64,000 nucleotides of DNA from an uncultured Chloroflexia bacterium (GCA_963720965.1 CAVRHD010000008.1:27843-91842); one strand, 5' to 3'; positions 16,959 to 24,674 are shown, counted from the first letter of the stretch. A program made the numbers and translations. The notes: generated by a model not told the origin, from the letters alone.

Positions 16959-18257
16959 TCAGGCCGGCGTTGGAGCCTCGTCGGGAGTGCTGCTCGCGTC
17001 AGCGGCGGGCCGGCGGCGGAGGTAGCGCTGCATCGTCCTGCGATCACGGGCGGCGAGGTCCCAGTGGCAGCGGCACAGGCCCCGTGGGCAGTCGGCATGG
17101 GGCAGGCGGGGCTTGCGGAGCTCGGCGCTGATCCGGAAGATCCGATGATGGTCGGACCGACAGGCATCGCAGCAGGAGGCCGCAACCAGCTCCGCGTCAC
17201 GACTGATCTCGGCGATTCCGCGTAGCTCGGCGGCCACTCCCTCCCGATACAGGGCCACGAGGTCGGCCGGCGGCGGCCGATGCGAACCCGCCGCTCGATA
17301 CAGGACGGTGGCCTGCTCGCGGCGGATCCGGGCGGCTGCGTCCCACGCCTTCTCGCGGCGGGCCGCTCGAAACGATCGATCGACGGCCGTCAGGTAGAGC
17401 GCCCGCGAGGCAGCCACGCTGTCCTCCGACAGGCGTGCGGCTGCGAGCTGGGCGTGGCGGCGCTCGGGGGCGCCCGAGGTCGCAGCCAGGCCGAGCCAGC
17501 GACCGCGTTCACGGGTGAGCCGAGCCGAACTGGCCACCCGCCGACGTTCGGCCTCGAAGATGGCGACGGCCGCTTCGGTCAGGTAGACCGGATGGCGGTC
17601 GACGCGCTTGACCATGATCCGCTGCCGGCAGCGGTCACAGCGCCGGCTCGCTGTTGGGGCTGGTTCGAGGACGACCGCGCAATAGGGGCAATGGGCCACG
17701 GCCACGGGGGCGGGCTGGGGAGCCGGTCGCCGCTTCGGCCTCGGCTTGGCTCGTACCTGGACTGGCGCAGTCGCCCGGGCAGGCTTTGCTCCTACCGGGG
17801 CTGGCGCAGTCGCCCGGGCAGGCTTGGCCGAAGATGGCCGCCTGGGCGCACGGGTGCGCGTGGGCAGGCCGGCCGGCGTCGCTGGAGACAGGGTGGGCAG
17901 CTGCCAGCCGTCGTCGTCGAAGCGATCGCCTGGCTGGGCCATGACCCCGACCGGCTCGAGCGGGACAGCCTCGATCTCATTCTCCCCGGTCGCGCCGAGG
18001 ACCTCGATCACGATTGGCGGCCGGGCGGTCGTCGCGGGCCCGTCCTCGAGGACGGGCGCTTCAGCCGGGTCGGCCGGTGGTTCGGCCTGGCCGTCGACCG
18101 GCGCTGTCGTCTCGGCCGGAGCCGGCTCCTCGATGCCATCGAGGGCCGCATCGCTGAATAAGCCGGCCAGCCGCTCCGCGGTTCGGGACTGGGCAATCGC
18201 CCACTCGGCGTCATCGATCTTCGGTTTCGAGTGCAGGAACCCGCGCATCTTTGCCAT
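16959..18257 (-). CDS. uncharacterised Cys-rich zinc-ribbon protein (paralog B) with long Pro/Ala-rich N-terminal extension
   Basis: CPYCAVVLEPAPTASRRCDRCRQRIMVKR...YLTEAAVAIFEAERRRV...CCDACRSDHHRIFRISAELRKPRLPHADCPRGLCRCHW. Start chosen at MAKMRGFLH (ATG 18257, preceded by purine-rich gaagagag). The track start is 18353. Confidence 0.7.
   Translation of the reverse strand: MAKMRGFLHSKPKIDDAEWAIAQSRTAERLAGLFSDAALDGIEEPAPAETTAPVDGQAEPPADPAEAPVLEDGPATTARPPIVIEVLGATGENEIEAVPLEPVGVMAQPGDRFDDDGWQLPTLSPATPAGLPTRTRAPRRPSSAKPARATAPAPVGAKPARATAPVQVRAKPRPKRRPAPQPAPVAVAHCPYCAVVLEPAPTASRRCDRCRQRIMVKRVDRHPVYLTEAAVAIFEAERRRVASSARLTRERGRWLGLAATSGAPERRHAQLAAARLSEDSVAASRALYLTAVDRSFRAARREKAWDAAARIRREQATVLYRAAGSHRPPPADLVALYREGVAAELRGIAEISRDAELVAASCCDACRSDHHRIFRISAELRKPRLPHADCPRGLCRCHWDLAARDRRTMQRYLRRRPAADASSTPDEAPTPA
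17762..17826. repeat. 39-bp tandem coding repeat (about 1.6 copies) inside paralog B
   Basis: ctggcgcagtcgcccgggcaggct occurs at 17762 and again at 17801. It encodes the repeated AKPARATAP segment. Confidence 0.75.
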
Positions 18258-18362
18258 GCTGCTCTCTTCATCCACCGGGCCGGACGCGGAGCGTACCTCA
18301 GACCGACCCGGATTCGTCCAGACCTGGACCAACCGCCCGGTGCCCGGGCGCACCGAATGGTC

Positions 18363-18998
18363 CTATAGCACGCCCCTACCCCGAAGGAGCCCTGGGGCAA
18401 GCTCCGTTGCCGCCACGATGTGGCGCCGATTGATGACGGTGAAGGCATAGCGAGAGATGACCCGTCGGTCGGCCAGCGATCGGGTCCGGACGTCGGTCAT
18501 CGGGATCCACATCGGATCGCGCGACTCGATGAACGCCGAGAGGACGGCCTCGGGGTTCAGGTGGACCGCACCGGTCAAGGTGTGGCCGGGCGTCACCACG
18601 ATCAGGTAGAACGCCTTCTTCTGTTGGTACTCGAGCCCGCCCGTCGATGGCCCGTCGACGTCGGTCAGCTCCCCGATCAGGGTCACCTCGTCAGGATTGA
18701 CCCAGATCGCCGGAGACGTGACCTTGGTCGGGTCGCCATTCCGGCGAAGGACCGTGACGTCGCGAAGCTGGACCAGGCCGTCGTTGTTGTTCATGAAGTC
18801 CGACAGCCGGTTGTGGAAGCCGATGTTGACCGTGCCCGACAGGCGCAGGTGCTGGCCAACGAGCTCGAGCGGCAGGCCCTCGCTGCGGGTTACCTGGGGT
18901 GCCAGCGCGACGGTGCCGAAGCCGAGGGCCTCGAGATGGGTGGCCGCGTCGCCATCGACGATCTCGTCGTCGCGCTCGGTGAAGGGCTGCTCGGTCAT
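18363..18998 (-). CDS. hypothetical protein with an internal two-fold duplication
   Basis: Start at MTEQPF (ATG 18998). Two related modules: LRLSGTVNIGFHNRLSDFMNNNDGLVQLRDVTVL...VNPDEVTLIGEL and TLTGAVHLNPEAVLSAFIESRDPMWIPMTDVRT...VINRRHIVAATEL. I recognise no family. Confidence 0.6.
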   Translation of the reverse strand: MTEQPFTERDDEIVDGDAATHLEALGFGTVALAPQVTRSEGLPLELVGQHLRLSGTVNIGFHNRLSDFMNNNDGLVQLRDVTVLRRNGDPTKVTSPAIWVNPDEVTLIGELTDVDGPSTGGLEYQQKKAFYLIVVTPGHTLTGAVHLNPEAVLSAFIESRDPMWIPMTDVRTRSLADRRVISRYAFTVINRRHIVAATELAPGLLRGRGVL

Positions 18999-19080
18999 GC
19001 TCAGGCTCCGTGATCCGGCTCGTGGGCTGGCTCGGCGACTCGCCGCGACGCTCCGGGCGAATCCTAGACTGCCCGGCCAC

Positions 19081-19284
19081 TCAGCGTTCCGCCGGGGCCG
19101 GGCGATGGGCCTCGGGACCGGCCGAGGACTCATAGCCGGGGCAGGCCAGGACTGGCAGTGCCGGGTAGCGGGCGAAGCGCGGATCGGAGTCCGAGCGTTG
19201 ACAGCGCCAGAATGTCGACTCGCGGGCGTTTCCGATGGGGCGACTATGCCGGCAGGCGGCGCACAGGCCCGGCGCGACGTTCAT
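19081..19284 (-). CDS. small conserved-looking 4-Cys protein (67 aa)
   Basis: MNVAPGLCAACRHSRPIGNARESTFWRCQRSDSDPRFARYPALPVLACPGYE... The pattern is CxxC...FWRC...RFxRYPxLPVLxCxGYE. Start taken at the internal ATG 19284. Confidence 0.6.
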   Translation of the reverse strand: MNVAPGLCAACRHSRPIGNARESTFWRCQRSDSDPRFARYPALPVLACPGYESSAGPEAHRPAPAER

Positions 19285-19339
19285 CTTCCTGACTCGATTC
19301 TGACCGCGTGGGTCGGGCCCGGGTACCCCATCGGTACTG

Positions 19340-19369
19340 TTGACCCTCGGAAGTCGGCTCGGGTAGCCT
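19340..19369 (+). promoter_or_regulatory. candidate promoter of the flp pilin gene
   Basis: TTGACC (19340-19345), 18 nt, TAGCCT (19364-19369). Downstream are AGGAGG (19404-19409) and the GTG at 19417. Confidence 0.35.
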
Positions 19370-19416
19370 TGCGACACGAACCATGTTGCGAAATCTGAAC
19401 GAAAGGAGGTGATCTA

Positions 19417-19623
19417 GTGACCCGAATCTACAACTGGTACAACAGTCTCTCGTCAGACACCGTCACGGCCGTCCTGCGCACGCGGCGCCTGCTCACCAGC
19501 GGTCAGGGGCTCGCGGAATACGCACTCATCCTCGCCCTTATCGCGATCGTTGCAATCATTGCCCTGATTTTCCTGGGCGGACAGGTGTCCAAGATCCTGA
19601 GCACCGTCGGCAAGAGCGTCTGA
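19417..19623 (+). CDS. flp: Flp/Fap family type IVb pilin precursor
   Basis: The processing and hydrophobic motif SGQG-LAEYALILALIAIVAIIALIFLGGQ matches the Flp G/xxxxEY signature. Strong SD. Locally lower GC. Confidence 0.85.
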   Translation: MTRIYNWYNSLSSDTVTAVLRTRRLLTSGQGLAEYALILALIAIVAIIALIFLGGQVSKILSTVGKSV

Positions 19624-19642
19624 CGGCTCACGCCAAGACCAC

Positions 19643-19675
19643 AAACGGGCGCCGAAGACGGCGCCCGTTTCGATT
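19643..19675. terminator. bidirectional intrinsic terminator between flp and the convergent surface-protein gene
   Basis: aaacgggcgcc-gaagac-ggcgcccgttt (11-bp stem). T-rich on the + side (tttcgatt) and, via the A-run, on the - side. Confidence 0.7.
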
Positions 19676-19697
19676 CCCGGCCGATCGAGGGCGGCGG

Positions 19698-20501
19698 TCA
19701 GCCCTCGCGCCGGACTCGGCCCGGCCGAGCGCGATCAGCCCGGCGCTGGGTACGCAGGATTGTCGCCAGGCTGACGTTGATCCCAACCAGCAGGACCAGC
19801 AGCAGGGGCAGGCCGGTCGACAGGCCGTCGTCCATCGGCTGGGTCAGCGTGTCGGTGGCCGGTGCCGTCGTGCGGGGCGTGGCGGTCGCGCCTTCGACAC
19901 CGCCTGACGAAGCGCTCGGCGTGGCCGTCACGACCGGCGTCGGCGTCGCCCCGGAGCTCGGGGTCGCTGTCGGGCTGGCGCTTGCCGAGGAGCTCGGCGA
20001 TGCGCCAGGTGATGAGCTTGGCGACGGGCTTGGCGATGCGCCAGGCGACGGGCTTGGCGACGGGCTCGGAGCTGGACTCGAGCTGGGTGAAACGCTGGCG
20101 GTTGGGGTCGGGCTGGGGCTTGAGCTTGGCTTCGGCGTGGGGCTTGAGCTTGGCTTCGGCGTGGAGCTGGGCTTCGGTGTCGGCGACGAGCTCGGCGTGG
20201 CGCTCGGCCTTGGCGTCGGCGAGGGGCACGCTGGGACCGTGATCCGGTGGATGATCACGCCATCCGAGAACAGGATCATGTACGTCGCGGGTGGAACGAC
20301 GTAGGTCCCGTTGATCGAGCTGGTCTGGTTGGGCGGGCTGATCACGATCGGACCCGGCGTCAGGGTCGCCGATACACCGTTCGGGACGCTGCCCAGGGTG
20401 ATGTGGTCGCACGTCGCCGATGCGGTGTGGGCCAGGGTCGGCGCCACCATCAGGGCGATCAGCAGGAACGCTCCGAGCGTGCTGGCGATCAGTCTGCGCA
20501 T
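19698..20501 (-). CDS. secreted Pro/Ser/Thr-rich protein with C-terminal membrane anchor
   Basis: Signal peptide MRRLIASTLGAFLLIALMVAPTLAHTA. A roughly 70-aa two-Cys globular domain. About 120 aa of (S/T)P(K)PSS low-complexity linker. A C-terminal hydrophobic helix GLPLLLVLLVGINVSLATIL followed by RTQRRADRAR. Confidence 0.75.
   Translation of the reverse strand: MRRLIASTLGAFLLIALMVAPTLAHTASATCDHITLGSVPNGVSATLTPGPIVISPPNQTSSINGTYVVPPATYMILFSDGVIIHRITVPACPSPTPRPSATPSSSPTPKPSSTPKPSSSPTPKPSSSPSPTPTASVSPSSSPAPSPSPSPSPGASPSPSPSSSPGASPSSSASASPTATPSSGATPTPVVTATPSASSGGVEGATATPRTTAPATDTLTQPMDDGLSTGLPLLLVLLVGINVSLATILRTQRRADRARPGRVRREG
20115..20177. repeat. 24-bp tandem coding repeat (about 2.6 copies) in the PST-rich linker
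   Basis: ggggcttgagcttggcttcggcgt is repeated exactly at 20115 and 20139, with a degenerate third copy. It encodes the TPKPSSSP repeats on the minus strand. Confidence 0.85.
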
Positions 20502-20701
20502 CGTCGACCCTCAGTCTCATGCCGCAGTTCACGCCAGCTCGGAGGGCACGTCCGGGTATGGCGTGGAGCGCACTGATCGTACTAGGGTCGACTACCGGAA
20601 GTACTGCCTGAATGTGGCCCGCGATCGGCTCTCGGTGCGGTGGTGCCGCCTCGCGGTGACGCCTCGGTGGTGCCATCTCGCTGGTGCGGCCTCGGCGCGC
20701 T

Positions 20702-20875
20702 GTTGACGTGCACGAGACAAAACGGCAGTTTCGGCCCGGTCGACCCCCGACTCGCCGTGCCGAGGCACTCATTTCATCCCGCGCCGAGCGTGGGCCGGGA
20801 CGAACAGCTGGCGGGCGAGGAAGGTTCGCGGCGTTGTTCCGGGCGAAACCGCGCTTTTGTCTCGCTGGAATCAAC
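20702..20875. repeat. about 175-bp element bounded by inverted repeats, copy X (MITE-like or structured RNA)
   Basis: Left arm gttgacgtgcacgagacaaaacggcagtttcggcccgg. Reverse complement of right arm gttgattccagcgagacaaaagcgcggtttcgcccgg. Central block catttcatcccgcgccgagcgtgggccgggacga. It is homologous in three blocks to 62122-62296. Confidence 0.7.
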
Positions 20876-21012
20876 GTCGGCCGGGTGCTGGGGCGCCGGG
20901 CCGAACGAGCCGCCGGGGCGACGGGCGCCCGGCCGCCGGATCGCCCGGTGGGCAACGCCGGAGCGTGGGCACAGTCGCCGGCGAATCAGGCCCGAGTGGC
21001 CGGAGCGTCAGC

Positions 21013-21102
21013 TGGCGGAGAGGCTGGGATTCGAACCCAGGGAAGGCTTGCACCCTCTGCGGTTTTCAAGACCGCCGCATTCGACCGCTCTGCCACCTCT
21101 CC
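21013..21102 (-). tRNA. tRNA-Ser (anticodon TGA), CCA encoded
   Basis: The reverse complement reads GGAGAGG...GCGGT-CTTGAAA-ACCGC, a long variable arm, CTGGG-TTCGAAT-CCCAG, CCTCTCC-G-CCA. Confidence 0.9.
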
Positions 21103-21132
21103 GGTCGGCGAGGATACCGCGATCGGAGCTGG

Positions 21133-22479
21133 TCAGGCCGGCGGGTCGAGCGTGAGCCGGCCGATGTACGGCTGGAGCACCTCGGGCACCCGTACCGAGC
21201 CGTCGGGCTGCTGGAATGTCTCGAGGATTGCCGCGACGACCCGGGGCAGGGCCAGGCCGGAGCCGTTGAGGGTATGGACGAGCTCCGGCCGGGCGCCCGG
21301 CTCGGGCCGAAAGCGGACGGCCATCCGGCGGGCCTGGTAGTCCCGGAAGTTCGAGCACGAGCTGACCTCGAGCCAGCGTTCCACGCCCGGCGCCCACACT
21401 TCGATGTCGTACTTGCGGCCCTGGGTGAAGCCCATCTCGCGGGTCGCCATCAGGAGCACCCGATAGGCGAGTCCGAGGCGCTGCAGGAGATCCTCGGCTC
21501 GACCGGTCATCCATTCGAGCGCGGCCGCGCTTGCCGCCGGTCGCTCGAACAGGACCATCTCGACCTTGTCGAACTGATGGACCCGGAGGATCCCCCGGGT
21601 GTCCTTGCCCGCCGCGCCGGCCTCGCGCCGGAAGCAGGGCGAATAGGCGGCATATCGGACGGGCAGCTCAGCCGCCTCGAAGATCTCGTCGCGATGGAGA
21701 TTGGTGACCGGGACCTCCGCCGTGGGCACGAGGTACAGGTCGTCGCGGGTCACGACGTACATCTGGTCTTCCTTGTCCGGGATCTGGCCGGTCCCGCGGG
21801 CCGACGCCGCATTGACGACGGCCGGCGGCCAGATCTCGGTAAAGCCGTTCTCACGGGTGTGGACGTCGAGGAACCAGCTGATCAGCGCTCGCTGGAGGGC
21901 CGAGCCGAGGCCGCGATAGACCGGAAAGCCCGATCCGGCGATCTTGGCGCCGCGCTCGAGCTCGAAGATGCGCAGGCCCGCGCCGATCTCCCAGTGCGGA
22001 CGCCGCTCCCAGCTCAGGCCGTCGGCCGGTGCATCGGCCCCGATTTCGCCGATGAGGGGCTGGGTCCTGGGCAGCAGCTCGCCCCACGTGCGGATCGTGA
22101 CATTGGCCTCCTCGCCCCCGACCGGGATGTCCAGGTCGGCCGGATTGGGGATGCGCAGGAGCAGGTCCTCGACCGTCGCCTCGACCTCGGCCAGCTCGGC
22201 GTCAAGTGCCTCGATCCTGGTGCCCGCCTCGATCGAGCGTGCGCGCAGAGTGGCGGTCTCCGGCGCGTCCGGCGGCGCACCGCCCCGGATCGCCTCGCCG
22301 ATGGCCTTGGATGCGGCATTGCGATCGGCCTTGAGCCGGTCGCCTTCGGCCAGCAGCTCGCGCCGCCGGGCGTCGGCACGCAGGGCCGCGTCGACGATCG
22401 AGGGATCCTCGCCCTTGTCGGACGCCCCCTGGCGGATGGCCTGGCTGTCCTCGCGCAGGCGTTGCAGGCCGACGCTCAC
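21133..22479 (-). CDS. serS: seryl-tRNA synthetase
   Basis: N-terminal coiled-coil arm, then FPVYRGLGSALQRALISWFLD, TEIWPPAVVN, LVPTAEVPVTN, YSPCFRREAGAAGKDTRGILRVHQFDKVE, FRDYQARR, LNGSGLALPR. The GTG start overlaps the lysK stop (GTGA). Confidence 0.93.
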   Translation of the reverse strand: MSVGLQRLREDSQAIRQGASDKGEDPSIVDAALRADARRRELLAEGDRLKADRNAASKAIGEAIRGGAPPDAPETATLRARSIEAGTRIEALDAELAEVEATVEDLLLRIPNPADLDIPVGGEEANVTIRTWGELLPRTQPLIGEIGADAPADGLSWERRPHWEIGAGLRIFELERGAKIAGSGFPVYRGLGSALQRALISWFLDVHTRENGFTEIWPPAVVNAASARGTGQIPDKEDQMYVVTRDDLYLVPTAEVPVTNLHRDEIFEAAELPVRYAAYSPCFRREAGAAGKDTRGILRVHQFDKVEMVLFERPAASAAALEWMTGRAEDLLQRLGLAYRVLLMATREMGFTQGRKYDIEVWAPGVERWLEVSSCSNFRDYQARRMAVRFRPEPGARPELVHTLNGSGLALPRVVAAILETFQQPDGSVRVPEVLQPYIGRLTLDPPA

Positions 22480-24083
22480 GACCGCAGGCCGACAGGATCG
22501 GACGCCGCCTGGCGAAGGCGGTCGGTAACGAACGATGGCTCGAGGCTGGCCAGCAGCCAGCCCGCCCGCGGCCCATTCGGGCGACCAAGGAAGGCCAGGT
22601 ACAGGGCGCTGAAGGCACGCCCGGGCGGTAGTCCGGCCTCCGTCGCCGTCGCGAAGATCGTGGCCTGCCAGGCGGCCCCCGAGTCCGGGACGGCGGCCGC
22701 AGTCGCGCCGGCCAGGGCGGCCAGCCAGGCACGTTGCGCGGCGTCGAGCTCGATGGCTTCGTCGGGCAGGCGATCGTGCCGAACGCTGATCCGGGCCTTG
22801 TCGGGCGCAAAGACCGCCAGCCAGGCATCAGCCGCGCCAATTCGTTCGCCCAGCGTGGCCCGTTCGAGGTCCGACAGCGGTCCGCCCTTCTCGGCCTCGA
22901 TCCGCGCCTCGATATCGACTCCGGGGATCTGGCGCAGGAGCGCCAGGTGCGAGAACGCCGGCCGGAAGGCCGCGGCAATGGCGGCCACGTCGGCGGCCGG
23001 ATCGAGCAGCGAATACCGGAACACGCTCTCGTGGCCGGCCGGGAGCTCGCCCCGAACCTCGCGACCGGCGGTCGCGTCGCCCAGGCGATCGAACTCATCA
23101 AACAGGCGCGGGATCGCGTCGGTCCCCGCCGGATCGAACTCGATTGCCGTCTGGGGCCGGGGCCGCAGGAAGAGCATCCGGAGCTGTTCGGGTGGGACCA
23201 CCTCGACGATCTCGTGGGCGGCGACGCCGAGGCCCTTCGAGGTCGACATCTTGCGGCCGCCGATGTTCAGGAACTCATAGGGCACGTTGAGCGGTGGCTC
23301 GCGCTCGAAGATCTCACGAGCAATCGCATCGGCGCGCTCGCGCGATCCGCCGGCCGTGGCCAGGTCCTTGCCACAGGGCTCGATCGTGACTCCGAAGATG
23401 CTCCACTGGGCAGCCCACTCCAGGTTCCAGCCGAGCTTGGCCCGTCCGCCGAACGGCGCGACCCAACCGCTGTGGCCGCAACCGTGGGCCCAGGCCACCA
23501 GGTCGGGACGGCATTCGTAATAGACCCGCTGGCCGTCCCAGCGGGTCACGATCGTGGTCCCGACCTTGCCACAGCTCTCGCAGATCACGCTGAGGGGGTG
23601 CCAGTCGGCGGGATGCTCGACCTTGGCCACCCGTCGATAGATCGCCCGGACCGCCTCGGCCCGGTCGAGCGCCGTGCGAATGAACGGGTCGACCGCACCG
23701 GATGCGTAGATCTCGCTCATCCAGTACCACCGATCCGGGTTGATGCCCAGCCCGGCGAAGGTGTCGATGAACGTCTGGGCGTGATGGCGGGCATACGAGG
23801 CGTGGCAGTCGCCGGCCTGGTCGGGCACGTTGGCCAGGGGCCGGCCCATCTCGTGCTCGACGGCATCCGGGGTCAGGAGCGCCTGGGCGTCCATCGGGTC
23901 GAGGTCATCGACACCGTACAGGAGGCTGGTTTCGAGGCCACGCGCGCGCAAGGCCCGGCTGATCACGTCGAGGATGACCGGCCCGCGCAGGCTCCCGACG
24001 TGGACCGTTCCGGAGGGGGTCTTGCTGTCGTTCACGACCTGCGGCCCTTCGACCGAGGCCGCCAGCTCGCCCGCCCAATCCAT
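22476..24083 (-). CDS. lysK: class I lysyl-tRNA synthetase
   Basis: KTPSGTVHVGSLRGPVI (HIGH-type motif), LLYGVDDLDPMD, CESCGKVGTT, GGRKMSTSKGLG (KMSKS). Start set at MDWAGE (ATG 24083). The longer track ORF would overlap greA. Confidence 0.88.
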   Translation of the reverse strand: MDWAGELAASVEGPQVVNDSKTPSGTVHVGSLRGPVILDVISRALRARGLETSLLYGVDDLDPMDAQALLTPDAVEHEMGRPLANVPDQAGDCHASYARHHAQTFIDTFAGLGINPDRWYWMSEIYASGAVDPFIRTALDRAEAVRAIYRRVAKVEHPADWHPLSVICESCGKVGTTIVTRWDGQRVYYECRPDLVAWAHGCGHSGWVAPFGGRAKLGWNLEWAAQWSIFGVTIEPCGKDLATAGGSRERADAIAREIFEREPPLNVPYEFLNIGGRKMSTSKGLGVAAHEIVEVVPPEQLRMLFLRPRPQTAIEFDPAGTDAIPRLFDEFDRLGDATAGREVRGELPAGHESVFRYSLLDPAADVAAIAAAFRPAFSHLALLRQIPGVDIEARIEAEKGGPLSDLERATLGERIGAADAWLAVFAPDKARISVRHDRLPDEAIELDAAQRAWLAALAGATAAAVPDSGAAWQATIFATATEAGLPPGRAFSALYLAFLGRPNGPRAGWLLASLEPSFVTDRLRQAASDPVGLRS

Positions 24084-24109
24084 GGTCCGAACTCCCAGGC
24101 TCGGCCGGT

Positions 24110-24592
24110 TCAGCTGATCTTGGTGATCGTGTACGCGAAGTCGCCGGCCGGAACCTTGACGACCACCCGGTCGCCCTTCTTCTTGCCCAGCAGGACTCGC
24201 CCGACCGGTGACTCGTTGGAGATCTTGCCGTCCCTGGGCGCCGCTTCGGCGGATCCGACGATCGTGAACAATTCGGTCCCGTCGCCGCTCTCGACCATGA
24301 CCGTCGAGCCGATCTGGACGTGCTCGGTCGAATGGTGCTCGTCGATGATCGTGGCGTTCTTGATCAGGGCCTCGAGCGTCTGGATCCGGCCTTCGACGAA
24401 TGCCTGCTCGTTCTTGGCATCCTCGTATTCGGCGTTCTCGGACAGGTCGCCGTGCTCCTTGGCGTCGTGGATCCGCCCGGCGACTTCGGCGCGCCGAACC
24501 TGGACCATCTCCTCGAGCTCCGTCCGGAGCTTCTCGAGTCCGCCCTGGGAAAGGTAGGTGGGCTTCGTGTTCACGGTTTGAATGGCCCCCAT
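24110..24592 (-). CDS. greA: transcription elongation factor GreA
   Basis: YLSQGGLEKLRTELEEM...HGDLSENAEYEDAKNEQAFVEGRIQTLE...ISNESPVGRVLLGKKKGD. Confidence 0.94.
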   Translation of the reverse strand: MGAIQTVNTKPTYLSQGGLEKLRTELEEMVQVRRAEVAGRIHDAKEHGDLSENAEYEDAKNEQAFVEGRIQTLEALIKNATIIDEHHSTEHVQIGSTVMVESGDGTELFTIVGSAEAAPRDGKISNESPVGRVLLGKKKGDRVVVKVPAGDFAYTITKIS

Positions 24593-24623
24593 CGGGATCT
24601 CGGCACAACGGCCTGAGGGGTCT

Positions 24624-24674
24624 GGCTAAACGAAGAACTTCAGGCCTCCGCGGTCAGCCGCGGACCTGAAGTTC
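24624..24674 (-). terminator. intrinsic terminator after argR
   Basis: 17-bp interrupted stem gaacttcagg(cc)tccgcgg-tcag-ccgcgga-cctgaagttc (24635-24674). On the minus strand it is followed by ttcgtttag. Confidence 0.6.

Noticed and set aside
19900-20250. Short direct repeats that could be mistaken for a CRISPR-like or VNTR array.
   Set aside because: They lie inside a continuous ORF and encode the Pro/Ser/Thr stalk of the surface protein. There is no spacer-repeat regularity.
20502-20701. Imperfect direct repeats ggtggtgcc(g/a)(c/t)ctcgc in the intergenic region upstream of the surface-protein gene, as possible regulator binding sites.
   Set aside because: There are only two to three degenerate copies with irregular spacing, which I cannot distinguish from chance in GC-rich sequence.
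1006-21102. tRNA-adjacent genomic island or integrated element next to tRNA-Arg/Ser (1.0-1.2 kb) or tRNA-Ser (21.0 kb).
   Set aside because: No integrase, direct repeat of a tRNA 3' end, or phage or plasmid gene is visible. Neighbouring genes are housekeeping or have native-like GC.
24084-24608. N-terminal 175-codon extension of the lysK ORF.
   Set aside because: It is Arg-rich nonsense that overlaps the well-conserved greA gene in another frame. LysRS similarity starts at MDWAGE (24083).
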